32,000 nucleotides of DNA from Candidatus Velamenicoccus archaeovorus (GTDB taxonomy: Bacteria; Omnitrophota; Gorgyraeia; Velamenicoccales; Velamenicoccaceae), in NCBI RefSeq assembly GCF_004102945.1, contig NZ_CP019384.1:750001-782000 (forward strand), in the 5' to 3' direction. This document shows, piece after piece, positions 16,719 to 25,700 of this stretch (position 1 is the stretch's first letter; every line of letters starts with the position of its first letter). The translations under genes were made by a program, and so were the position numbers. The notes below the pieces were generated by a model. That model saw nothing but the letters and a program-made list of their open reading frames with translations, made no database searches and was not told the DNA's origin.

Positions 16719-17276
16719 TTATAATGCGACCGGGCTAACGACAGTGATCAGCTTTGCAGGTTTTGAGCCGGTGTTTTTGACAGAGTGAGGGAGGGATGCA
16801 TCGAAGTAAGTGCTGCCATTTTTTCTAAGCTGATAGGTTTTGTCCCCGATCTTTAAATCCGTTTCCCCTTCGATGCAAAAGATGAATATATCCGTTCCGG
16901 GAAGGTTTTCTTCTGTCGGCGTGCCTTTTTGTGGTTCGATGATCAAAAGCTGGGGAAGCATTTTCTTCTTCCCTGTCTGTTTGGCTAGAATGAAGGCCGA
17001 TACCTTTTCGTCATAATTAAAAACTTCCGCATCCTTAATCGTCTTTTCATCAAAGGCGACGACTTTTTCTTCGGCATTCTCCAGCCCCTTATAAAGTTCT
17101 CCCAAGTTTACACTTAATGCGTTGCAGATTTTAAGGTGCGTATTGAGATTGCCGGTTGTCACGCCGTTCTCAATGCGGCTCAATGTGGCCTTGGCAACTC
17201 CGGAAAGTTCAGCGAGTTTATCCAGCGTGAGATCTTTTTGTTTCCTCAGTGCTTTAAGTTTTTCACCTAATTTCAT
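16719..17276 (-). CDS. XRE-family HTH transcriptional regulator with C-terminal cupin sensor domain
   Basis: The N-terminus LGEKLKALRKQKDLTLDKLAELSGVAKATLSRIENG is an HTH_3 domain. The C-terminus IFCIEGETDLKIGDKTYQLRKNGSTYFDASLPHSVKNTG is a cupin_2-like barrel. A GGAG RBS lies 8 nt upstream. Confidence 0.85.
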   Translation of the reverse strand: MKLGEKLKALRKQKDLTLDKLAELSGVAKATLSRIENGVTTGNLNTHLKICNALSVNLGELYKGLENAEEKVVAFDEKTIKDAEVFNYDEKVSAFILAKQTGKKKMLPQLLIIEPQKGTPTEENLPGTDIFIFCIEGETDLKIGDKTYQLRKNGSTYFDASLPHSVKNTGSKPAKLITVVSPVAL

Positions 17277-17299
17277 ATTTTGCTCCGTGAAATTGATTG

Positions 17300-17562
17300 C
17301 ACAGAATGAATTTTCCCCGTGCTAAAGCACGGGGTTTCTTCCCTGGAGACCTGCGCATCGTAAGATATCGGAAAGATTTCTTGCCCGGTAGCTCTGGGCA
17401 CGAAATTTTTCCTCTACTCGCGGGGTTACCCAAAAAGGGCAGACCTTCCTCCTTCCACATAAAATAAAAGAAGGGTCTAATCTTCGCCGCATTTCCGCCA
17501 TCACAACTTAGGCGGACCCGCCGATCTTTAGTGGCGGGCATCCCCGGCTTTTAAGCTGGGGA
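17300..17562. other. GC-rich, hairpin-dense non-coding block (candidate structured RNA or leader of unknown class; strand unresolved)
   Basis: There are at least six stem-loops, at 17315-17334, 17382-17400, 17441-17478, 17495-17515, 17517-38 and 17542-61. Hand-counted GC is 33/60 for 17341-17400, against 16/60 in the flanking spacer 17641-17700. No credible ORF is present. Confidence 0.3.
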
Positions 17563-17629
17563 TTTCTGCGTCTCGATTAAAATGTTTGTTATGCAGATAA
17601 ATCTTATCCTTGATTCCTTGTGTAGAAAC

Positions 17630-17658
17630 AAAATACCACAACTGGAACAGAAAGTCAA
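17630..17658 (-). promoter_or_regulatory. Candidate sigma70-type promoter on the minus strand reading toward the XRE-cupin gene
   Basis: The minus strand reads TTGACT (17658-17653), a 17-nt spacer, then TATTTT (17635-17630). This would give a leader of about 345 nt containing the GC-rich hairpin block. Confidence 0.3.
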
Positions 17659-17740
17659 ACAACAACGGAAATATTTTAGTACAAAATTTGAAAAATAACT
17701 TGAACGTATCATTTTGTAAAGCAACAATTTAAGCGTTTTG

Positions 17741-17754
17741 TTCCATTTATGGAA
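17741..17754. promoter_or_regulatory. Perfect palindrome TTCCATTTATGGAA (TTCCA-N4-TGGAA), a candidate operator
   Basis: It lies 10 nt upstream of the -35 of the toxin-operon promoter, in the divergent region shared with the XRE-cupin regulator. The same half-sites and spacing recur at 26717-26730 and, with one mismatch, at 30377-30390. Confidence 0.5.
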
Positions 17755-17763
17755 AAATATTAG

Positions 17764-17791
17764 TTGACATAAATGGAACAACATGTATACT
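17764..17791 (+). promoter_or_regulatory. Candidate sigma70 promoter of the SpvB/RHS toxin operon
   Basis: TTGACA (17764-17769), a 16-nt spacer, then TATACT (17786-17791). The spacer contains ATAAATGGAACAA, the second half of the recurrent upstream element. Confidence 0.5.
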
Positions 17792-17982
17792 CGTTATTGC
17801 AACAAAATTAGTCTACCCTTAAATCAGCAAACATGATCGTATTTGAGTTCCAAGAAAAACTCGCCGAACAATTCCTCAGAAAAGGCATGCCTCGTCATTG
17901 TGGGTTATGTAAAGAGAATGCGGCTTGCAAGCGCCGCAATCCTGAATCCTATTGTTTATGGTTGAAACGCAGGAGAAGATCT

Positions 17983-19719
17983 ATGGAGAAGTTACTTTTT
18001 GTTATCGGCTTGAGCCTGTTTTTGCTTTTTCCGGTTTCTGCTTTTGCGGCATCGCCAACATTAGGCGTTGTTTCTCCGGTCAACGCTGTGTTTTCGGCAG
18101 ACAATTATGTCACATTTAGCGTTGCATACAGCGATTCCGATGGCTGGAAAGATATCAAAATGGCTTATATCCATGTGAATGTGTCGACCAACAAAAAAAA
18201 TTCATTTGAGGCTTATTATAACCGAGCCGCCAATAAGCTTTATCTGCGAAATGATGCGAATACTTCTTGGGGGACAGGGTGTGCCCCTGGAACCGCCCGA
18301 GTGCTTGAGAATTCATATGTGAGGATGGATTGTTCGCAAACAAGCATTTCCGGTAGCGGCAAGAAGATGATGGTCCGATGGGTGGTTTCGTTTAAGGAGA
18401 CGTTTTTAGGTCCCAAAAACATATATCTCTATGTGCAGGATTCACGGGGATTAAAAGCTGGCTGGACAAAAAAGGGAGTATGCACTATCGCAGAACCGGG
18501 GATAATTGTTGGACCCGGCGGAGGAGAGGTCTTTTCGTCTGATGGAAAGACAAAGTTAGTTATTCCTGCGAGAGCTTTATCTGTAGCGCGGGGATTTGAG
18601 ATCCTTCCTGTTGATTCTCAAGCTGTGGAAGGCGCCGTCCCAGCTCAGACAATAGTTTTGAATGTTGTTGAGTGCAAGCCTTATGGTTTGGTTTTTAATG
18701 TCCCCGTTCAACTTATTTATCGACTCGATCAAGCCGGTATTCCAGGGACGCCGGTTGAATTGGGGCTCTACGATAGCGTACGGCAAAAGATCAATTCTAC
18801 GGGGAAGACATCGGTAATTTCTTCAGATGGCTATAGCGTGACTTTTTCGGTTGATCATTTTTCTACATATGCGGTTTTGATGAGTTTGGTTTCTCAGGGT
18901 GAGCCGATCGGTGGCGGCGTAAAGATTCCGTTGCCGGACCTTTTGACAGGAGCATTCAGTCGAAGTTTTCCGATAACGGTGGCCCCGGGACGAAAAGGCA
19001 TACAGCCGTCGCTTGCACTTGTCTATCGTTCTTCAAGCTCAAATTCTTGGCTCGGCATGGGGTTTGATTTGAGGGCTGGATATATCGTTCGTTCTACACG
19101 ACTTGGCGTGCCGACCTATGATGACACCCAAGATATGTTTTGTTTAGTCACGGATGCCGGAACAACCGAATTGGTGCATCTGGTCGATAACTTGTATCAG
19201 GCAAAAATCGAATCTTCGTTTACAAGATTCTACAAGGAAAGCAATGACAGCTGGCGAGCCCTGGGGAAAGACGGCAACATCTTAAAGTTCGGCGAGACAG
19301 AGGAAAGCAAGGAAGGGGGTTGGGGAGGAACGTTCAGCTGGTATTTGACGAAGACCTTGGACACGAATGGTAATTATGTGAAATACGATTACGCTAAAGA
19401 TGGCGGGAGGGCCTATTTAGCGCGTATCACTTATACAGGTAATGAAAATTCAGGCGTTGTTGGTAGGGATACGGTTGATTTTGTTTTGGGTGATCGGACG
19501 GACCATATATTTAGTTATATTGGCGGGGCCAAGATAGAAACATCCAAGCGTCTTAAAGAAATCCAGGTGAAGTGCAATGGCGATTTGGTTTGGCGTTATA
19601 TCATCGGATACGGCAAAAGTGACGATACGGGTCGTTCGTTAGTAACATCATTCCAGCAGTGCGCAGGAGACGGTGTTTGTTTTCCCGGTCAAATCTTTGA
19701 GTATCAGGGCAATAATTAA
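17983..19719 (+). CDS. Secreted protein with C-terminal SpvB/TcdB-N-terminal domain (TcB-like N-terminal module)
   Basis: The start is the ATG at 17983, 7 nt after AGGAG. The signal peptide is MEKLLFVIGLSLFLLFPVSAFA|A. The middle holds beta-rich domains, one ending in HFSTYAV. The C-terminal half has LTGAFSRSFPITVAPGRKGIQPSLALVYRSSSSNSWLGMGFDL...IVRSTRLGVPTYDD, the SpvB/TcB signature. The track start at 17833 is an unsupported extension. Confidence 0.8.
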   Translation: MEKLLFVIGLSLFLLFPVSAFAASPTLGVVSPVNAVFSADNYVTFSVAYSDSDGWKDIKMAYIHVNVSTNKKNSFEAYYNRAANKLYLRNDANTSWGTGCAPGTARVLENSYVRMDCSQTSISGSGKKMMVRWVVSFKETFLGPKNIYLYVQDSRGLKAGWTKKGVCTIAEPGIIVGPGGGEVFSSDGKTKLVIPARALSVARGFEILPVDSQAVEGAVPAQTIVLNVVECKPYGLVFNVPVQLIYRLDQAGIPGTPVELGLYDSVRQKINSTGKTSVISSDGYSVTFSVDHFSTYAVLMSLVSQGEPIGGGVKIPLPDLLTGAFSRSFPITVAPGRKGIQPSLALVYRSSSSNSWLGMGFDLRAGYIVRSTRLGVPTYDDTQDMFCLVTDAGTTELVHLVDNLYQAKIESSFTRFYKESNDSWRALGKDGNILKFGETEESKEGGWGGTFSWYLTKTLDTNGNYVKYDYAKDGGRAYLARITYTGNENSGVVGRDTVDFVLGDRTDHIFSYIGGAKIETSKRLKEIQVKCNGDLVWRYIIGYGKSDDTGRSLVTSFQQCAGDGVCFPGQIFEYQGNN

Positions 19720-19788
19720 TCCAGTTTGCCAGAATTCCCTGTCTGCCGTGAGCGGCGGGCCAGGGCTGAGGGCAGGATAGAGGTATTT

Positions 19789-22700
19789 ATGAGAAAAATA
19801 GTCTCGGTTGTTTTGATTTGTGCTCACATATTGGTATTCGGCGGCACCGAAGAGGCATTGGCGTTCAGCATGAGTGGTTCAACGTTGATGATGCAAAGCG
19901 GTGCCATCGTTCAGGGCGCAGGCAGTCGTGCGGCGTCGAGCTTTAGTGTTATTCAGGATGGCTTAGGCGAAGCGTGCGTTGGCGGAGGCCGTGGTGCAAC
20001 TTTTATTCTGGAAAGCGGTTATATTGCAACAACTAAATCAAATCCGCCTGTATTAGCGCAGACCATCTCTAACCAGAATTGGCAGGAGAATGAACTTAAA
20101 ACGAATGCGTTTGACCTGGATGATTACTTTTTGGGTTTTGACGGCCATGCCTTGGATTATTCGGTCAGCGGCAATCAGAATGTTGTGGTGCAGATAGATC
20201 CTGTGACACACGAGGTGAGTTTTTCACAATCTCCGGGATGGAATGGGACAGAGGAGGTCATATTTAAAGCAGAGGACACGGGAGGAAATTCTGTTTCTTC
20301 AAATGAGGTAACTTTGCAGGTAGAGGGCGTGGCTAATGCGCCTGTTCTTGACTTCATCCCGGACATTTATGTGGATGAGAACCAGGAAATTGTGATTACA
20401 CCGCATGCGACTGACTTGGATAATGATGAGATCGTTTATGCATTTAGCGCGCCGTTCGATGCGCAGGGCCGGTGGCAGACAGACTTTGATGATGCGGGGA
20501 TGTATGTCATCACTGTCACGGCCACGGATGCCACCGGCCTTGTCGCCAGTCAAAATGTTAAGGTCAATGTCAGAAACGTCAACCGTCCGCCCGTTCTAGT
20601 AATCTTGCCTGATATTACAGTTCAGGAAGGTCAATTAGCGGTTGTGACTCCTCAGGCGACTGATGCGGACGGCGATGCCGTCACTTATTATTACTCATCC
20701 CCCCTGGACATGGCAGGAAAATGGCTGACAGGATATGATGATGCCGGTTCGTATTCCTATAGTGTGACGGCTTCAGACGGTATCGATACTGTTACTAAAA
20801 ATGGATCTATCGTTGTCAATAATGTCAATAGGTCCCCAGAAGCCGCTTTAACCCTGAGTGCATATACTATCAATAAAGGTGAAGATGCAGTCATTCGAAT
20901 TTCGAGCAGCGATCCGGATGGAGATAGGTTAACCTTTGTTTTAAAAAAGGACGGCCAGGAAATTGCTTCCGGCGATCTGAACAACGTTTATGAGAAAACA
21001 ATTTCTTTTGCTGATGCCGGAGATCATACCGTTTCTGTTATAGTGGCGGATGCGGGTGGCTTGAGCGTCGAGAGTTCGGCGGGTGTTGATGTCGTAGATC
21101 CGAGCGTCTCAACCAATCTTATATTTCCGATCATGGGCGATTTTAATGGCGATGCGTTGTGTGATTTGGGGCTATATAACGGCGCAACAGGGGTTTGGGA
21201 GGTAGCGCTTTCAGAGGGCGGTGTTTTTACGAGTGCAGCTGATTGGCTCCGGTCGGGGGCAACGACTGGTGAGATATCGCCGATAGGAGGAGATTTTAAT
21301 GGTGACGGAAAAACGGATGCTGGGCTATATAACAAAACAAACGGTGAACTTCGGATTGCTCTGTCTACGGGGAGCGAGTTGTCTCCGCCCGTCTTATGGT
21401 TGGATTTCACGGAGGATCCCTCGTCGTGGCTTGTTTTTTCAGGAAATTTTAATGGCGACAAATATTGTGACTTCGGTCTCTATAATAAAGAAACGGGAGA
21501 GGTGCGGGTTGCTTTAAGTCAAGGTAGCGGTTTTGATGCCATGGCGACCTGGCTGGCTGGTTTTGGAACGAATTGTTCGGTATTAATGGGTGATTTTAAT
21601 GGGGATTCTTTAGCTGATTTTTGCCTTGTCAACAAATCGAGCGGTGAATATAAAGTCGCGCTTTCCAACGGCAGGGCTTTTGTGGACGGAGGTGTTTGGA
21701 TCTCAGGATTTGGGGCTGATAAGGAATCGGTTATTTCAGACTATAACAACGATGGGATTTCGGATATCGGCTATTGGGATAAGGCCAGTCAGGATTGGTA
21801 TTATGCGGTTTCAACCGGAGAAAATTTTTTGACGAAAGGGCTTCTGGGAAATTACGGCAGCAGTGCCGATGAGTTTGTTGCCGCAGGAGATTTCAATGGT
21901 GACGGTATATCAGACAGGGTCAGTTATGACCATGAGTTGATCGGAATTTTGCGGTGGAAAATACAGATTATCGATCGAAGGCCGCCGGATCTGCTTCAGC
22001 GGATTGCTAACGGTATTGGTGGAAAGACGGAGATTACGTATTCTTACGCCTCTGCCGCAGATAACCCGGGTTTGCCATTTCCGGTGCAGGTAACGTCTGA
22101 GATCAAGATCATTGATACCTTGCCTCTTGGATCACCGGAAGAGTCTTACGACCAACAGTTTGTCTTTTTGGATGGCTATTATGATGCCGCGGAGCGTGAA
22201 TTCCGCGGATTTGGAAAAGCCAAAGCAATTGATCCTATTACGGGAAATTACACGGAGACATTCTTCTACCAGGGTAAACCTGGTCAAGATGGCGCTCTAA
22301 AGGGGCAAATTGAAAAGATCGTCACATTCGATGGGAATGTCCGCCAAATCAGTCAGGTGACCAATACTTACGATGTCAGGAAAGCCGGTCCTGCAGATCA
22401 TGTTCTTGGGTTTCCTGCTCTTATTCGTCAAGATACAACTATTTATGAAGAGGACGGTTCTGTTTTGAACACGGCTACTGAGTTTAATTACGATGCGATA
22501 GGCAATCTTCTTGAAACGAAGAGCCTTGGAGACGTTTCAAAAGAAGGCGATGAAAAAACAACGCAAACAACATATGCTCAGGCTTACCAAGACGGTTTGA
22601 ATAGGCCTTTGGAAGTTTATTTGAAAGATAAAGACGGCGTTGTTGTGACGAAAAAAAGCCTTGAATACGATTCGCGTGGTAATGCGAGCAAAGAGTCTAT

Positions 22701-25700
22701 GGCTGTCGTCAATCCTTTAACAGGTAGTCAGCTATTGGCGGTCAGCAGTTATTCATACGACATTTTCGGTAATTTGCTGACGACGACAGATGCTCTAGGC
22801 CACACGGTGGCGACGGAATATGAGACGATATTCAATTCTTTCCCCTCGACTATCACCAATGCATTAGGTCATATGGTTTCCTATGTTTATGATCCGAAAT
22901 TTGGCGTGGTCAGTCAATTGATAGATCCTAATGCTAACTCGACCTTAACCTTCCACGATTCCTTCGGGCGTCCTACCCAAATCGTGGACGCAGACGGGGT
23001 AATTACAGAAGAATTTGATTATCCTGACTTTAATACAAAAATATCCCGGCAGGGCACTCTTGAGAAAAAAGAATATATCGATGGTTTGGCACGAAAATAC
23101 AGGATCGTTTCAAGCGGCGAAGACGGAGAAAACAGCCGTCAGATTTCGACCGAAATCTATTATGACGACAAGGGCCGGGTTGGAAAAGAATCGATAGCGC
23201 ATTATGCCGATGAGCCGGAAGCTCAGATATCATATATGAGATACGAATACGATATCCGCGGCCGGGTCAAAAAGACAATATCGGATTTCCCTGGGACGGC
23301 AAAAGATGCCGAAAACCAGATGTTTTACGTTGCACCGCTTTATACCGAGACCATCGATCCCATGGGTCATAAGAAGGGCATTCTGAAAGACGTTTATGGT
23401 AATATCATCAAGGTTACGGAATATGCCCAGGGAGGGGTTTGTGCAACAGACTATGGATATGATATCCAGAATAATTTGATCAAGGTAACGGATGCCAGGG
23501 GTAATATCTTGCAAATATGGTATGACTCTTTAGGGCGTAAGATAAAAATGGATGATCCTGATATGGGGGTTTGGACATATGAATACGATCTTGTGGGGAA
23601 TTTGATAAAGCAGACTGATGCAAAGAATCAAATTTTGGAATTCAGCTATGATGAGTTAAATCGGTTGACCTGCAAGCAGGCCGGTGGGCAAATTCTGGCC
23701 ACCTATATTTACGATGAAGCCGCTAAAGAAAATTGTATAGGCCGTCTCTCAAAAGTCGTGGATACTTCCGGATCGACGGCGTTCTTCTATGATAAGTTCG
23801 GCCGGGAAACAAAATCCATCAAGACTGTCGATGCCCATGCGTATGAGGTCAAAAGAGAATATGACGCGTGGAACCATTTGACAAGATTGATTTATCCGGA
23901 TGGCGAAGCAGTTGAATATTCTTACGACACAAATTCCGGATTTTTGGAAAGAGTGTCCAGTGCTTCGACCCCAACGGATTACGTAAATTCAATAGACTAT
24001 GACAGCCAGGGGCGTATACGCCGTATTCAATACGGTAACGGCGTAAATACAGATTATACCCATGGTCAAGACTTGAGGTTAGCGCATATATACACGGTGA
24101 GTGGTGGTGTTAATTTGCAAGACTTGAACTATATTTTTGACAAGAATGGCAACGTAGCGACCTTAACAGATAACCTGCGTAATGATATCCGTACCTACAC
24201 TTATGATGAATTTGATCGCTTGATTTATGCACAGGGCATCCCCGCCGGTGCCGGAACGCGCGACCATAATTTTCAGTACGATTGTATCGGTAATATGACG
24301 TATAAGTCCGATGTCGGTTTTATGCTCTATGGTGTAAATGCCGGGCCGCATGCCATGACGTCCGCGGGCGGCTATGGTTATCAATACGATTCTAATGGAA
24401 ATATGACGTCAGGGAAAAATAAAACCCTGGAATACGATACTGAAAATCGTATAATTAGGATAATCCAACCCGATGCCGTGACGTCGTTTATGTACGACGG
24501 TGATGGCGGGCGGGTAAAAAAGATCTCAATAAATCCGACAACTCAACAAACCCAAGAGACTCTTTATATCGGGTCGCTCTTTGAAATAAAAAAAGATTCG
24601 GCGGCTCCCGGCAATCAGGCAACGCAGATCAGGCACATTTTTGCCGGATCGACGATGGTCTGCAGCATTAGGTCTGTGGGCGGTGGGCCATCTACTACAG
24701 ATTATTATCATGGGGATCATCTGGGATCTTCAAGTATTGTTACTGACCAGAACGGTCAGCAGGTGCAGTATTTGGAATACGCGCCTTACGGTACGGTTGC
24801 TCGCAATGAAGGTGCGGACGTCGCTGCCTATAAGTTTACAGGGAAGGAATTAGACTCGACCGGTTTATACTTCTATAGTGCGCGATACTATGATCCTGAG
24901 ATCGCCAGGTTTGTCACGCCGGATAGTATCGTTCAGGCGCCATACGATCCGCAAACCCTGAATCGTTATTCCTATTGCCGCAACAATCCCCTCAAATATG
25001 TGGATCCAAGCGGCCACTCGTGGTTTAGTAAATTCTTTGGTAAAATCTTTGGTTTTATCGCTGGTGTAGTTGGAACTATATTTACTGGCAATATGATGGT
25101 TGGTTTTCAGATATTCAATTTCGTCAATTCATTTACTACTGCTGCAAATACTGGTAATTGGGGTGGATTTGCTGGTGGTTTGGCAGGTGGATTGATAGGG
25201 GGATATCTAGGAGGCGGGGTAGCTAATAGCATTTCAGGAATGCTTGGCGAACAAAGCTTTACCTTCGGCGGGGGCTTCTTGATTGGTGCTTCCGAAATGG
25301 GAGTGGCTGGTTTTGGTGGCAGTTTCGGTGGTGCGCTAGGCGACGGAGTCAGCTTTAGTGATGCCATGAAGTCGGGAGCTATGGGGTTAGGTATTGGTGC
25401 AGTAATCGGTGGCTTAATTGAGGGTTCATATCTTTCTGGAATGCAAGATTTCGCCCACGGGATGAATAGAGAATCTGTTGGGAAAGCCGCTCATGTGCAA
25501 CGTCAGATGAGTCTTGAGATTGTTGAAAGACCATTGCCAAAAATAATAAAAGATTGCATGCAGGATGATGCGGGTAATCACTGGGGGTTAAGAATAAAAG
25601 ATAATTACAATCAATTTAAGGGCGCATGGGATTTTGATTATATCGATCATAGTGTGGCAGGAAGTATAATTGTTGCTTATGGGGGGCGTGTTTTTGGGCT

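Noticed and set aside
17341-17356. B12-box-like string CCCTGGAGACCTGCGC (cobalamin riboswitch?)
   Set aside because: The other conserved cobalamin-riboswitch elements (AGGGAA, GGTG.AA..CC, CCCGC.ACTG, GCCACTG) are not found in the right order on either strand. On the + strand the aptamer would have to lie inside the XRE coding region.
17263-17541. 92-aa and 60-aa minus-strand ORFs in the regulator/toxin intergenic region
   Set aside because: The 92-aa ORF overlaps the XRE gene start. Neither has an RBS or a recognisable motif. The Arg/Pro/Gly-rich translation is typical of GC-rich non-coding hairpin sequence.
17833-17982. 50-codon N-terminal extension of the SpvB-domain protein
   Set aside because: The internal ATG at 17983 has an AGGAG RBS at ideal spacing and is followed immediately by a canonical signal peptide. 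The extension is Cys/Arg-rich and would bury the signal peptide.
19726-19788. TTG-initiated extension of the RHS ORF
   Set aside because: The ATG at 19789 has a GAGG RBS and starts a signal peptide. The extension merely reflects the open frame after the upstream stop.
20044-21960. Periodic nucleotide repeats considered as a CRISPR or other non-coding array
   Set aside because: The periodicity (about 250-300 nt and about 150 nt) is imperfect and in frame. It corresponds to Ig/cadherin-like and FG-GAP protein repeats inside one long ORF, with no short identical direct repeats and unique spacers.
25107-25367. 86-aa minus-strand ORF rich in Pro/Lys/Ala (PPKPP...)
   Set aside because: It is the antisense reading of the Gly-rich (GGN codon) zipper segment of the RHS tail, so it is a low-complexity artefact.
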